This document shows positions 13,645-29,274 of a stretch of 64,000 nucleotides of DNA, one piece after another. The stretch is from Mobula hypostoma. Its lineage: Eukaryota. The stretch lies in NCBI RefSeq assembly GCF_963921235.1, contig NC_086108.1:62560001-62624000 (forward strand), written 5' to 3'. A program made the position numbers and the translations under genes. Numbering within the stretch: position 1 is the first letter of the stretch; every line of letters begins with the position of its first letter. Below the pieces are notes generated by a model. The model saw nothing but the letters and a program-made list of their open reading frames with translations, was not told the origin of the DNA and did no database searches.

Positions 13645-14455
13645 TGCTGTATCCCCCACCCACCAGGGATGGTGTTTCTCCTGTCCTTAACTACCACTCC
13701 ACTAGCCTCTGAATCCAGCATATAATTCTCTGTAACTTCCACCATCTCCAGTGGGATCCCACCGCCAAGCACCTCTTTCCCTCCCACCCCACTTTCCGCT
13801 TTCCTCAGTGATCACTCCCCATGTGACTCCTTTGTCTACTTATCCCTCCCCACTGATCTCCCTCCTGGTACTTACCCTTGCACGTGGAATAATTGCCTGC
13901 CCCCCTCACTACCAGTCAGGGCCCCAAACAGTCCTTCCAAGTGAGGCAACACTTCACCTGTGAGTCCGTGAGGGTCATCTACTTTATCCAGTGCTCCCGG
14001 TGTGACTTCCTGTTCCCAATCTGAGATGTCAGTCCATGGTCTCCTCTGCTGCCGCAGTGAGGCCACACTGTTTCTCACACCTTCTCTTCTTACTTGCCCA
14101 TCACCTCCCTCTGGTGCTCTTCCCCCTTTCTCTTCTTCCTTTATCTTCTGCCCTCTCCTATCAGATTCCCCTTTCTCCATCCCTTTGTCTTTTTCACCAA
14201 TCAACTTCCCAGCTCTTTACATCACCACCTCCTCATCTCCTGCTTTCACTATCACTTGCCACCTTGTACTTCTTCCTCCCCTCCCCCCATCTTCTTACTC
14301 TGACTCCTCCTCCCTTCCTTTTCAATACTGATGAAGGGTCTCGGCCTGAAACATCAACTGTTTACTCTTTTCAATAGATGCTCTCTCGCCTGCCGAGTTC
14401 CTCCAGCATTTGTGTTGCTTTGGAATTCCAGCATCTGCAGATTTTCTCATGTTTG
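13645..14455 (+). mobile_element. Penelope-like element, internally deleted 3' part
   Basis: GIY-YIG remnant ('VIYFIQCSRC'), pyrimidine-rich UTR and pseudo-LTR 'ctgatgaagggtctcggcctgaaac'. Confidence 0.85.
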
Positions 14456-14544
14456 TGCTGTATCATGTCTAGTTCAGTTTCCCAGCAAGAAATAATCCAC
14501 CATTTTGTTTACACTGCCATGAGCGAGTCTTAGATGTTTATTTT

Positions 14545-14820
14545 TATTATTTACTTATTGAGATACAGCATGGTGTAGGCCCATCCGGCCCTTCCAGCCG
14601 TGCTGCCTAACAACCACTAAGATAACCCTAGCCCAATCATGGGAAAATTTACAATGACCAATTAGCCCATCAAGCAGTGGGTCCTTGGACTGTGGAGGAC
14701 ACCGGAGCATCTGAAGGAAATGCACATGGTCCTGGGGTGAACATACAGGCATTGGCTGGAAATGAACCTAGGGCTCTGCCACTGTAAAGCATTGTACCAG
14801 CCACCACACTACTGTACCAC
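14545..14820 (-). mobile_element. V-SINE
   Basis: Antisense V-domain 'gtccttggactgtggaggacaccggagca' and an A-rich tail at the left end; homologous to 22594-22890. Confidence 0.7.
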
Positions 14821-15809
14821 TCTGCTCTTAAAAAGGTTGTGTATCTAGGAGCCTTTCAATTGCAATGATATTTTATTCTGAACCTTCGGCAGTTTTTGCC
14901 TATGCATAGTTCATCGCATTTCCCTAAGTGAATTCAATGGGACTTAGGAGCAAATTCCAAGCTTATTAACCACCATCCCCAATCTATCTGGCATTTTTAT
15001 GTCACATGTTTCAGAGGTGTACTTCTTTTCCGCTTAGTATCCAGGCAAACAGAAGTACAGTAAAGGATTACAATAGAGATTCATTACCATGCATGGTAGC
15101 TACTGTGATGTTCTATATCTCCATGAGATCCTACCCTTTTCTAACAATAAATTAAATACACACTTAATCAAGTCAACATTCAGGACTTGTTCCAGCAAAT
15201 ATTACAAAAGCATGTTGCAGTTTAAAATCTGGCTGTGTTTCCCTGCTGTCTGGAGCCATCTCAAAATACTAAGTTTCACTACTAGGCCTAAAGCAAATGC
15301 CCAAGAGACAGAAGAATGAAATAAAAGATTACACTCCCTTTGTCATATTAATACATAGGTGGTCTTTTGTTTTGGAAAGTCATCTGAAACCTTTGCCAAA
15401 ACTCCCAATTAACACTTACAGTAAGATTCCATAATTCGTTTCACTTAATAATACAACAAGTTGCATTTCACAGGAACATAATCAGACAGAAGGTGAGATT
15501 AGGAGGGGTGATTAAAACTTAATAAAAGGGATAGAGTTGAATAGGTTCTTACTGGAATAGAAAGAATACACAGGGGAAGTAAATGGAGAGTTTAGAATCC
15601 ACACAATTAAAGGCAGTGTAGGGGAAGAAATATTTGAGACATTTAGTAATTCAGTACTGGAGTAATATAGAATACTCTATAGTCCCAGGGCTGGGTGAGT
15701 TATGAAGATAGCCAGAAACCCAGTGAAAAGATCTGAAAGCAAGATCAAGAATGTTGATGAGCCTACACTAAAGGTTGGCCAGAAAGAGCAGAGCCAACTG
15801 GTGTACAGA

Positions 15810-16215
15810 TGTGGCTGTACATCTTGGGTACTAGCCTGTATAGTACCCAAGACTCTTCAAGGAGCAGAGTCTCTGAAAGGTGGCATCCCTTATTAAGGAC
15901 CCCCATCATGCAGGATATGCCCTCTTCTCACTGTTACCATCAGGAAGGAGGTACAGCAGACTGAAAGCACACACTCAGCGATTCGGGAACAGCTTCTTCT
16001 CCTCTGTCATCCGATTCTGAAAAGGACATTGAACCCATGAACACCACCTCACATTTTTATTTCATTTCTGTTTTTGCACTATTTTAATCTAACTATTTAA
16101 TAGCCATATATATGCTTACTGTAATTGATATACTTGTATGTTATCATGTATTGCATTGTACTTCTGAACAAATTACACGACATATGCCGGTGATATTAAA
16201 CCTGATTCTGATTCT
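15810..16215 (+). mobile_element. Rex1/Babar-like 3' fragment
   Basis: 'ttaccatcaggaaggaggtacag...cagcttctt' and tail 'gatattaaacctgattctgattct'. Confidence 0.7.
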
Positions 16216-16553
16216 GTAGATAAAGAAACAGGAAGCAGAATGCAATCAACCCAGACCACACATATCTCTTCCCCTGGCTTCCTCTCAGATCCCAATTGTC
16301 TCCATACCAGTGCCCAACCCCACATTGTTCCCAGCCTCCTCTCTTGACACCAAGATTGTTTTCCAGCCTCCTCCCACTGTCTCTGCCCTACAACTACCAA
16401 TCCCTACTTTCTCCAGTCCCACTGCTCTCCAGGATCTTTTCTTGTAGCATCAAGACATTCTTGCACATATCAGTAATGCTAGAAGATAAACTTGACAGGC
16501 AGTGCATTTAAACTCCTTTGATCTTTGTCCTGGTGATATCTGGAAAAAAAAGA

Positions 16554-17710
<1,157 letters not shown>

Positions 17711-17845
17711 AGCACTTTGAGCTGGGCTGCCAAGCAATCCCCTGATTCAATCCTGGGACAATTTATCCTGACCAATTGACCTACCAACTGGCACGTCTTT
17801 GGACTGTGGGAGGAAACCGGAGAACCCGCAGGAAACCCACACTGT
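17711..17845 (-). mobile_element. V-SINE fragment abutting the microsatellite
   Basis: 'cgtctttggactgtgggaggaaaccggagaacccgcaggaaacccac' is the antisense V-domain. Confidence 0.75.
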
Positions 17846-19639
17846 TAGAATTGTTTAGACTTAGTTAGGGATTTCCCAATTCAAGAAGTGAGATTCTGAA
17901 CGTAAATAATTTTACTGTAAATAATGCTGTGATTATAAAATGGGAAATCCTACTTTGTACTTCATTAAATATGACAACCTATTAATATAGAGAATTTTAT
18001 GAGTTGGATCACCATGCACTCTGGATCACTATGTGGTCTAGACTGTTGGTTGCTTATACGACAACAATAGATGCAAAATTATCTTTTCAAATTTTATTCT
18101 AGAATATCAGCTGAATATCTTAATTTTCATCTTTAAATCCTTCCCAATGGCAATAGGCAATTGATTGGGTTAGGTATTAACAAAGATAATGGAACCAGCA
18201 AGATTAGCTGAAATTACTGATAAGGTGTTATGCTTTCCATCAGTGTAAAAACTTATTTTAAGATATCATTTTTGATACACTGAGGGGTATTGCAGTAAAG
18301 CAGTGCAGCCAGCAAGGAATATATCTTTAGATGGACAATATATAAAGTATGTGTGTTATTACAAACCTGAACACCCATAATAATATAAAAGCATTGTAGT
18401 AGCATATTCAGAGTAGGAAATGTAAATTTTCTGTGCTATGTCTGTTTCTGTGCTGTATCTCTACAACTAAACAGGACAGCTCTTCACAGTGATATACCTT
18501 TAGAGTGGAATTACTGAACCAGATCGTGATATAAATTATGGTTTCAAAGCTTATAGCCTAACTGAATAATGCTTCGTCCACTTATTGGCAGTTGATCTGA
18601 ATTAGTATTGAGTTCCCAGTCAGTTGCACAAAAGAGCAATGCCTTTATAGTAGACCTATACAAATTGCTTGGTTTTTGCCTTTGGAGTCTACTTCCCTTC
18701 AAGAACATTCAGCTACAGATTAAGTGTTTGTATTATGCAGATGAATATATCATTTTTGTGATTGAATTCAGTTCAAAAAGTGTATTATTGTTTATTTTGA
18801 AACTAATAGTTATTTCACTGTCTTCCCATCTGACGCCAGTTGGCTCCACCAGAGAAGTTTTGATGTGGAGTGGACTACGATCAAAATTTCCCTTAAGCTG
18901 TTCTTGATACTAAAATTTACTTCAGCTTTCTGTTTCTGTTTAGTACTCTAACTGCTTGGTTAAATTGTACAAAAGGGAAGCAGGAAGTCTGACATTAAAA
19001 CTCAGAATTAAATCGTTTTCTGGGGATTTTGTTCATGTACAAATTCTACCTAGAGTTTCCACATAATATATTCTTGTAATTCAATATTTATTCTGTTGAA
19101 TTGCTATTTTTCAGATTTAAATAATGTGCCAAGTTCCAGAATTAATACTTTTCTGGAATAACTGTTCTATGTGATTGGTTTAGTTTCTTCCAATGTGTTC
19201 TTCTCTCTAGTTCTTTCTTGTGTGAAATAGAGATGTTCTGGCCAACACAGACAACAAGGATGTAATCAGAAATCATCATTCCTGAGAATTATTGATACCA
19301 CAATCTACAAGGCTATTGAACAACACCACTGGTCATATTGTAAGCTTTGTGATGATCATACAAGAGTACTATCAATCATCTCTTTGCTAAAAATAACTTC
19401 CCTGTTGACCATTTTGCATAACTTATCTCAACTACCTCACATCAAAAAGTTTCTGAAGTGATTTAAACCAGAATTTGAACTAACGGGTCCATAGCAGACC
19501 AAATTCCAATGCAGAATGGTGTAAAGAAAGGCTGTGACATCGACTTAACATGTCTATCAATCACTACAGTACTGCACCTTATCACCAAACTGCCTTCTAG
19601 AGTGGAGCTACTCCACAGGGCAAATGGGGAATTGTACAA

Positions 19640-20886
19640 CGTAAACACGAGGAATTCTGCAGATGCTGGAAATTTAAACAACACATCAAAGTTGCTGGTG
19701 AATGCAGCAGGCCAGGCGGCATCTCTAGGAAGAGGTACAGTCGACATTTCGGGCTGAGACCCTTCATCAGGACTAGCTGAAGGAAGAGCTAGTAGGAGAT
19801 TTGAAAGTGGGAGCGGGAAGGGGAGATCCAAAATGATAGGAGAAGACAGGAGGGGGAGGGATGGAGCCAAGAGCTGGACAGGTGATTGGCAAAAGGGATA
19901 TGAGAGAATCATGGGACAGGAGGCACAGGGAGAAGGAAAGGCGGGGGGGGGGGACCCAGAGGATGGGCAAGGGGTATAGTCAGAGGGACAGAGGGAGAAA
20001 AAGGAGAGTGAGAGAGAGAGAGAAAGAATGTGTGTGTATAAATAAATAACGGATGGGGTACGAGGGGGAGGTGGGGCATTAGCGGAAGTTAGAGAAGTCA
20101 ATGTTCATACCATCAGGTTGGAGGCTACCCAGACAGAATTTAAGGTGTTGTTCCTCCAATATGAGTGTGGCTTCATCTTTACAGTAGAGGAGGCAGTGGA
20201 TAGACATATCAGACTGGGAATGGGATGTGGAATTAAAATGTGTGGCCACTGGGAGATCCTGCTTTCTCTGGCGGACAGAGTGTAGGTGTTCAGCAAAACG
20301 ATCTCCCAGTCTGCATCGGGTCTCGCCAATATATAGAAGGCCACATCGGGAGCACCGGACGCAGTATATCACCCTGGCCGACTCACAAGTGAAGTGTTGC
20401 CTCACCTGGAAGGTCTGTCTGGGGCCCTGAATGGTGGTAAAGGAGGAAATGTAAGGGCATGTGTAGCACTTGTTCTGCTTACAAGGATAAGTGCCAGGAG
20501 GGAGATCAGTGGAGAGGGATGGGGACGGATGGACAAGGGAGTCGCGTAGGGAGCGATCCCTGCGGAAAGCTGGGGGGCGGGGGGGAGGGAAAGATGTGCT
20601 TAGTGGTGGGATCCCGTTGGAGGTGGTGGAAGTTACGGAGAATAATATGTTGGACCCGGAGGCTGGTGGGGTGGTAGGTGAGGACCAGGGGAACCCTATT
20701 CCTAGTGGGGTGACGGGAGGATAGAGTGAGAGCAGATGTGTGTGAAATGGGGGAGATGCGTTTGAGAGCAGAGTTGATGGTGGAGGAAGGGAAGCCCCTT
20801 CCTTTAAAAAAGGAGGACATCTCCCTCGTCCTGGAATGAAAAACCTCATCCTGAGAGCAGATGCGGCGGAGAAGGAGGAATTGCGA
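19640..20886 (-). mobile_element. Penelope-like element, 5'-truncated
   Basis: RT C-terminus 'SQFLLLRRICS' and GIY-YIG 'VIYCVRCSRCGLLYIGET...RFAEH...EEQHL...PDGMN'; pseudo-LTR; 11-bp TSD GAATTGTACAA (19629-19639 / 20887-20897). Confidence 0.92.
19736..19774 (-). ncRNA. Minimal type I hammerhead ribozyme motif in a Penelope pseudo-LTR
   Basis: Minus strand reads agtc-CTGATGA-a-gggt-ctca-gccc-GAAA-t-GTC-gact: stem I agtc/gact, stem II gggt/gccc. Confidence 0.7.
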
Positions 20887-21629
20887 GAATTGTACAAGTT
20901 CTGTTGCCTCCACTCTAAAACTAAGGACAGAACCAGTTTTAGTCATTGAACTTGAGAACTGTGCTTGTGCATGCATGTGTTCAGAGGCTGACCTCCAAGC
21001 CAACATTTACATTTTCAATAAAGCACGTAACAGGACAATCCTATTACTTAATATCTGAAAAAAGACACCTCTGTGCACTTGCTCGACAACACTATCTGCT
21101 GATCTTAAAATTCCTGGAAATTATTTATATATCTTGGGAGCTGTTGTAAAGTCACCGGAGAGATGTAGCTGGTAGATGTGTTTTTTATTCAACCAAATGA
21201 GACACAGATCTGAAGATTGGTGGCTGAAGTCAGTTGCTGAAGTTGTTTGCTATATGTCCTAACCCCAAAAATGCTCTAACTGTAGCCATCTTTTAACAAA
21301 AGCAGGCAGAGATGATGAAATTCACGATCGTGTTGAATCCCTCAGTGCAACCTTTGGCCATCTGAATAAAAAACAACACCAAGCCTATTGCCTATTGGGC
21401 AGCAATAATCCCTGCCCTTCCTGTACGCTTGTGAAACCTAAACTAATTGCAGTAGATATTTGATTGCACTGGAGAGAAATCACCAACAATAGCCCCACCA
21501 ATCCACAGGCAGACTAAATGAACAACTATCAGCATCCTTTCAGAACAACATTCCCATCACTGATGCTCTAATTACTCTTGGATAGCTCTGGTACACAGAC
21601 AATATTACTTGCATTCCTGACCCCCTACT

Positions 21630-23932
21630 ATAGGAAACATCTTCTCCATGTCCACTCTATTGAGGTTTATCAGTATTTGATATGTTTTGATGAGGTCCCC
21701 CTCATTCTTCTAAATTCCAGTGAGTAGAGGCTCAGAGCCACCAAACAATCTTCATATGCCAACCTTTTCATTCCCGGGGACATTCTCATGAATTTCCTCT
21801 GGACTCTTTCCAATGCCAGCACATCTTTTCTAAGATAAGGAGCCCAAAACGGCTTACAATACTCCAAGTACAGTCTGACCAATGCCTTATAAAGCCTCAG
21901 CATTATATCCTTGCTTTTATATTTTAGTCTTCTCCAGATAAATGCTAACTTTGCATTTGCCTTCGTAACCGCTGAATCAACCCGCAAGTTAACCTTTAGT
22001 GAATCTGATACGAGGACTCCCAAGTCTCTTTGCATCTCTGATTTCAGAATTTTCTCCTTGATTAGAAAATAGTCTCCACCTTTAGTTTTTCCACTGAAGT
22101 GCATGTACATACACCTTCCAACACTATACTCTATCTGCCATCTCTTTCTCCATTCTCCTTAATCATTTAAGTCCTTCTGCAGAATTCCTGCTTCTACAAC
22201 ACTACCTGCCCCTCCACCTATCTTTGTATTGTCCAAAGATTTAGCCATAAACCCTTCAATTCTGTCATCAAAATCATAGTGTAAAAAGAATCAACAGTAG
22301 CCACCCGCAGTCAACCAGAAGAAGCACCCTTTATTCCCACTCCTGCCAGTCACCAATGCTCTATCCATGTTAGTATCTTTCCTGTAATACCATAGGCTCT
22401 TGTCTTGCTTAGCAACCTCAGCTGAAGCAGTTTGTCAAAGCCCTTCTGAAAATCCAAGTAAACAACATCCATTGACCCTCTTTTATCTATCCTGCCTGTC
22501 ATTTCCTCATAGAATTCCAACAGTTTTGTTATCAAGATTTCCCCTTAAGGAAGCCATGTTGACTTTGGTCTATTTTATCATGCACCCCAAGGATCACCGT
22601 GGTAGTGTAGCGGACAGTGTAATGCTATTACAGCTTGGCGTGTTGGAGTTTGGAATTCAATTCTAGCATCCTTTGTTTGTATGTTCTTCCAGTGTGAGCA
22701 TGAGTTTCCTCCAGGTGCTCTGGTTTAGTCCCTCAGTCCAAAGACATACTGGTCAGTAGGTTAACTGGTTGTTGGAAATTGTCCTGTAACCAGGCTAGGC
22801 TTAAATAAGTGGGTTGCTGGGTGGTGTGGCTCACTGGGCTGGAAGGGCCTGTTCTTTGCTGCCTCTCTAAATAAATTAAATAAATAAATAAAGGACCCAA
22901 AACCACAGCCTTAATGATGTACTCCAGCATCTTTCCAACCACTGATGTCAGGCTGGTCAATTTTCTGTCTTTTGTCTCCCTTCCTCCATAAAGAGTAGAG
23001 TGATATCCCAGTCCTCCAGTAACTAGTGATTCTTGAAAGATCACTAATAGTGATTCCATTGTCTCTTCAGTTAACTCTTTCAGAACTCTGGGGTGTTTTC
23101 CATCTGATCTAGGTGTGTTATCTACCTTCAGACCTTTCATCTTCTCAAGCATTTTCTCTTTAGTTATAGTAACGACACCAACTACTGCTCCTGACATTGT
23201 TGAATTTCTGGCATACTGCTAGTTTCTTTCACAGAGAAGGCTGACACAGAATACTTATTAAGTTTGCCCGGTGTTTCTTGGTCATCTATTACTACCTCTT
23301 CATCATCTTTTTTCAGTGGTCTATTATCTACTCTTGCTTCCCTTTTACTCTTTACATATCTGGAAAAACTTTTGGTATACTCTTTTTTTATTATTTCTAA
23401 CTTAACTTTATGTTCAATCTTTTCTGTCCTTATGATTTTTTTAGTTGCTTTCTGTTGGTTTTTAAAAGTTTCCCAATCCTCTAACTTCCCACTAATTTTT
23501 GCTATATTGTATCCCCTCTCTTGCTCTTATGCTGTCTTTAACATTCCCTGTCAGCCACAGTTGCCTCATCCTCCCTTTGGAGTATTTCTTCTTCTTTAAG
23601 ATATATTTATCCTGCACCTTCCAAATTGCTCCCAAAAACATCAGCCATTGCTGTTCTGCTGTTGCTCCTGCCAGGGTCCCTTTCCAATCACTTTTGGCCA
23701 GCTCCTCTCTCATGCATCTGTAGTTCCCTTTACTCCATTGTAAAACAAATGCATCTGATTTTACCTTCTCCCCCTGAAACTGCAGGGTGAATTCTATCAT
23801 ATTATGATCACTGTCTCCTAAGGATTCCTTTACCTTCAGCTCCATAATCAATTCTGGTTTGTTACACAACAACCAATCCAGAATTGCCTTTTCACTGGTG
23901 GGCTCTAGAAAGCCACCTCACAGGCATTCTAT
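21630..23932 (-). mobile_element. CR1 LINE ORF2 remnant (endonuclease and RT)
   Basis: 'LGDSDHNMIEF', 'DVVYLDFQKGFDK', 'RLYKALVRLYLEYC...WAPYLRKD'. Confidence 0.9.
22594..22890 (+). mobile_element. Full-length V-SINE with CR1-type tail, nested in CR1
   Basis: tRNA-like head, V-domain, tail 'gggctggaagggcctgtt...(aaat)n'; TSD AAGGA (22589-22593 / 22891-22895). Confidence 0.8.
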
Positions 23933-25900
23933 AATGTTGAAGGCTTGATCAGTAAATTCATGGATGACATGAACTTCTTCATCTATATCAATATTATTGT
24001 TTGTCATCTTTATCAATGATCTGAATGATAATCTGGTTAACTGGATCAGCAAATTTGCAGATGACACCAAGATTGGGGCTGTAGTGGACAGCGAGGAAGG
24101 CTAATATGACTTGCAGAGAGATCTGCGTCAACTGGAAAACTGGGCTGAAAAAATAGCAGATGGATTTTAATGCAGACAATACAAGATTTTGCACTTTGGT
24201 AGGACCAACCGGGGTAAATTTTACACAGTAAATGGTAGGGCACTGAGAAGTGTGGTAGAACAAAGATATCTGGGAATACAGGTCCATATTTTGTTGAAAG
24301 TGGCATCACAAGTAGATAGGGTCATAAAGAGAGCTTTTGGCACATTGGCCTTCATAAATCAATGTATTGAGTACAGGAGATGGGATTTTATTGTATGTTG
24401 ATGTTGTATAAGATGTTGTTCAGGCCTAATTTGGAGTATCTGGTCACCTACCTACAGGAAGATTGTAAACAAGGTTGAAAGAGTACAGGGAAAATTGACA
24501 AGGATGCTGCTGGGTCTGGGGGACCTGAGTTATAAGGAAAGATTGAAGAGGTTAGGACTGTATTCTTTAGAATGCAGAAGATTGAGAGGAGATTTGATAG
24601 AGGTGTACAAAATTCTGAAGGGTATAGATAGGGTAAATGCAAGCAGGTTTTCTTCCACTGAGGTTGGGTGGGACTACAACCAGAAGTCATGGGTTGAGAG
24701 TGAAAGGTAAGAAGTTTAAGGGGACCATGAGGGGAAACGTCTTCACTCAGAGGGTTGTGAGAGTATGGGATGAGCTGACAGCACAAATGCTGCATGCAAG
24801 ATCGATTTCAACGTTTAAAAGAGTTTGGATTGATACGTAAGTAGTAGGGGTATGGAGTGCTGTGGTCCTGGAGCAGGTTGATGGGAGTAGGCAGTCTAAA
24901 CATTTTCAGCATGGACTAGATGGGATGAAGGGCCTGTTTCCGTGCTGCACTTCTCTATGGCTCTATGATACTATGAAAATTGGCAGAAACGTTGATAATG
25001 TGAAAGGTAGCCTTAGGCTGAACAGGGATGTCCAAGTGTTGGTGAAATGAATTGAAAAATTGCAGATGTGGTTTAATCCAGAGATGTGTGAAGTGATTAA
25101 TTTTGGGAGTACCAATAAGTCTAGGATGTATATGGTGTCAGATCATAAGGAGCATGGAGGGCCAGAGGGATGTCGGATTACATGCCCATAAATCATTGAA
25201 GGTGGCAACACAGGTAGTGTAAAAATTGGATATTGGCGTTCAGTACAGAAGTAGGGAGGTTATGCTCCAACTTTATAAAACCTTGGTCAGAGCTCATCTG
25301 GAATGTTGTGTGTAGTTGTACTCATCGTGCTATAGGAAGGATGTGATAGTGCTGGAGAAGGTGCAGAGAGGCAGGTTCAATGTTGGTATTTAAAGTCAAA
25401 TTGGATAGTTATATGAATAGGAAAGGAATGGAGGGTTATGGGCTGAGTGCAGGTTGGTGGGACTAGGTGAGAGTAAGAGTTGGGCACGGACTAGCAGGGC
25501 GGAGATGGCCTGTTTCCGTGCTGTAATTGTTATATGGTTATAAGTGGTTCAACAGGTTGTCATCTAGGATAGTGCAGTTCACTTCTGTGGAGAAACAGAA
25601 GAAGCTAGACCTGTCCTCCCCAGGGCAAAGTAGAACAAAATTGAGGTATATAACATCCTGAGAGATACTGATAGGGCAGACTTCAGCTTTAGAGCAAGGG
25701 GGAAGAAATTTAAAAGGAACCTAAGTGGAAGCTTCTTCACCCAGCGAGTGTAAAGTACTGGAATGCACAGCCTGACAGTGTGGTCTAGATGTCTACAAAC
25801 CATGCTACAGCTTAGAAGGCTATGGGAAATAAGATTAATAAAGAATGGTGCCCACAGTTTGGCGTGTTTGTATTAGATTAAGTAGCTTGCTTCTGTACTA
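23933..25900 (+). mobile_element. Nested CR1 3' fragments: younger copies at ~23990-24972 and ~25372-25543 inside an older copy
   Basis: 'FINDL...ISKFADDTKIG', 'LECRRLRGDLIEVYKI'; tails 'ctatggctctatgatact' and 'gttatatggttata'. Confidence 0.85.
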
Positions 25901-25901
25901 T

Positions 25902-26170
25902 GTGGCGCGTGGCCAAGTGGTTAGGGCGTTGGGTTCGTGTCTTGGCCAAGGCAGCGTGTTGTGTCTTTGAGCAAGGCACTTAACCACACACTGCTCCAGT
26001 CCACCCAGCTGAAAATGGGTACCGGCAAATGCTGGGGGTTAACCTCGCGATAGACTGGCGTCATATCTGGGGGGGGGTGGTTAGTCTCGTACTCTCAGTC
26101 GCTTCACGCCACAGAAACCGGCATAAGCACCAGCCTGATGGGCCACAAGGCTCGGGACAGAATTTTTTTT
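25902..26170 (+). mobile_element. CORE-type SINE, second family
   Basis: Head 'ggcgcgtggccaagtggttagggcg', CORE 'tgtctttgagcaaggcacttaacc', T-tail; 11-bp TSD TTCTGTACTAT (25891-25901 / 26171-26181). Confidence 0.85.
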
Positions 26171-28380
26171 TTCTGTACTATACTATAGTATAACTTGATT
26201 ATGCCTCCCAAACTACCCACCTCAGCAAGCACTCTGTCACTATCTGCTGAACCCACAGTCACCTTGTTTGCCATCTCAGAGCCTACAGAACTGGAATGGA
26301 AGCAAATAATCCTCAGTCCCAAGGGACCACCTGGCAGTAAGAGTTACCACCGGAGCTAATGCAGATTTAGAAAGTGTTAAAGATTTGTAGGTTTATAGTT
26401 TGATCATTCTTGCCTAAATCACTTTGGCAGATGCAACTCTGAAAGTCATATTTGCCAGCAATCTAATATGCAATTCATTGCGTTATTATAGAAGGACAGT
26501 CTGCAAAATATCCAGGCAAGTAAGTGGAACAATTCAATAACTGGACGGTGATTATGGACAAAATTCAATTATAGTTCTCTTTGTTCCCTTTGTATATAAC
26601 TACTGAGTCATGCTGCAGTCACAAAATTTGCAAATATGGACAGTTCTTCTTTTATAGTTGTTTTTTACAAAAATAGAGGAACTTGCTCTTAATTCAAAAA
26701 AAGGAACCACACTGCAGGCACTTAATAGAACAGTGTCTGTAGTATTTGTTTATTATCTGACATCTGAAAAAAGAAGCACATTGCTATGAAAAGTCATTGA
26801 CCTTAAGTGTTAACTCTTTCCCTTGCTAGATGCTGCCTAACCTGCTGAATATTTCCAGAATTTTTGCTTTTTTTTCAAATTTCCAGCATTTGCAGTATTT
26901 TGCTTTAGCATCCCCATGATTATGTCTACTGTGATATCTATATCTGATTATACACAATGGGGTGTATGCACTCTGAATGCTAAATTAGGAAGCCTCTGAA
27001 AAATGTTCATGAGGACCATGATGTGAAACTAGCTGTTGATTGTAATCCATGCATTTTACTGAGTTCATACAGTCTGATGGTTACATTGCCTTCATTGTGC
27101 ATCTGTTTCTATCAGCACCGTTCGTTGATTGATTGTCATTGCAGTGAGCCCAACCTAGCACCACTTAGCTAACACCAATGAAAACCAGCCTGCAATAAGT
27201 AAAGTCAACCTATAACATGCATTGTTACTGGAGTAGCTGTTAATAAACATTCAAAATCCAATATATAACCAGAAGGTACCAAAATACTCAGCAGATCTGG
27301 CTGTGTCTATTGTATGAGAAACTGAGTTAAGGTCGGAGGTCAAAAATCTTCCATCACATTTGATTTTCATTCCACAATTGTAAGTGATCAGACTCAACTT
27401 ATGAAGAATGAGTTCCATACTTTTATTTTGTTGCATAGGAGTCTTGTTACAGGAAGGAGATTGGGGGAAGTTCTGTTACTGTAGGGGCTAGATAATCATT
27501 GGAAGATACCCTCATAAGGAAGGGGAACAAATGGAATGAAAAGTCATCAATGATTTGAACATGTCTTAAGAAATTCAATCACCATATATAGTCATGGTCA
27601 AAGTCAGTGAGTGTGCTCACTAAATGCAGAACAAACCTCAGACACATCATAATTTTTTATATCATCTGCCAATAACCTCTACCAGTCAGATCTCTCTATC
27701 GGCATCCTTCACCTACCAATTACATCTACCAGTCAGAACTCATACATATCCTTGAGTGCTCCAGAGTTTTTAACAGTTATTAAATGATGAATTATCTATG
27801 ATTATCAACAACACAATTATTATTGTGTTCTTTATCTTTTGTGTATTTTTGGACTGCATTGGAACCTGAGTAACAATTATTTCATTTGACTTATACTTGT
27901 GTACAAGGAATGACATCAAACATTAAACAATCTTGAATAATTTTGCATCTAGAAGTTCACAGATGTTATAATCATATCATTCAAAACACCAAAGGGATTC
28001 CATAGGATGTTATACGATCTATTACATTTGACAGGGGATCTAAAAAAAAACATATTTTTAAAATGAGAGCCCGGTTAACCATTTCTTCACACAAAGGCTG
28101 ACAGAATTTTGGGATTCATTCCCCAGCCACTCTGTAGAAGCAAGGTCACTATGCCAGCTGTTGGGAAAATATTATCTGATGGCCAGGTTTGTGAGAATAT
28201 GCTGAACTATCGTGGAATAATGGTCCCTCAGAATCTTCAAGAACAAACTCAATGTCGATTTAACAGGATTAGGTATTTGCGTAATTGGAGTTAGAGAATA
28301 ATCAGTTGGAACATACTCGAGGGGCTAAACCATGGCCTGCTTTCTTCTCCAATGTGAGTTGGTGGCATGAAATTTAGCAT

Positions 28381-29030
28381 CACAAACGTGAGAACATCTG
28401 CAGATGCTGGAAATCTAAGCAACAGACACAAAATGCCAGAGGAACTCAGCAAGTCAGGAAGCATCAATGCAAAAGAGTAAACAGTTGACTTTTCGAGTTG
28501 ATGTGGCAGAAGTTACAGAGAATTATGTAGTGGGCATAGAGGCTAGTGGGATGGTGGGTGAGGAAACCAGAGATGGGGTGAAGTAAGGAGCTGGGAAGTT
28601 GATTGGTGAAAGAGATAAGGGGCTAGAGAAGGGGGAATGTAATAGGAGAGTGTAGAAGAGGGAAGGGGGAGGAACACCAGAGGTAGGTGATGGGCCATTA
28701 AGGAGATAAGGTGAGAAAGGAAACAAGAATGGGGAATGGTGAAGGAGACAGTGGGAGCAATGACAGGAAATTCAAGAAATCAATGTTCATGCCATCAGGT
28801 TGGAGATTACCCAGACAGAATATAAAGTGTTGCTTCTCCAACCCGATTGTGACCTCATCGTAGCAGTAGAGGAGGACTGACATGTCATAATGGGAATGGG
28901 AAGTAGAATTGAAATGAGTGGTCGCTGGGAGGTTCCATTATTTTTTGGGAGATGGCACATAGATACTCGGTGAAGCAGTCTCTCAATCTATGTCAGGGTC
29001 TCATCAATATACAGGAGACCACACCTGGCC
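28381..29030 (-). mobile_element. Penelope-like 3' fragment
   Basis: 'LEKQHFIFCLGNLQPDGMNIDF' and the pseudo-LTR end. Confidence 0.85.
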
Positions 29031-29274
29031 ACTAGGTTACACTCTCAAAGTAGTTTTGACCAGCTTCTTGAGAACAATGATGCAGGCTTGATTATGTAGG
29101 GTCAGGCTCACCCTGCAATGGACAAATCTGCAGTTACCTCCGGCTCCAACCTTATCACATAATATAGACTCACCTCATTCTATTATTAAAATTTTCCTGC
29201 TCCACACCATTGGAAATGCACTATGTTTTCAGCAGTTATGACTTCATGCATCAACTTTGCACAAAATCCAACCT

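Larger units (their letters stand above)
19230..21620 (+). mobile_element. Old RTE-clade LINE, split by a Penelope insertion
   Basis: 'NGVKKGC...VELLHRANGELY' before the insertion, continuing after it as '...SKTK...ELE...SEADLQA'. Confidence 0.6.

Noticed and set aside
25902..25965. tRNA-like A/B boxes, also at ~5380, ~6530 and ~22595
   Set aside because: These are SINE heads followed by CORE or V domains; no complete cloverleaf
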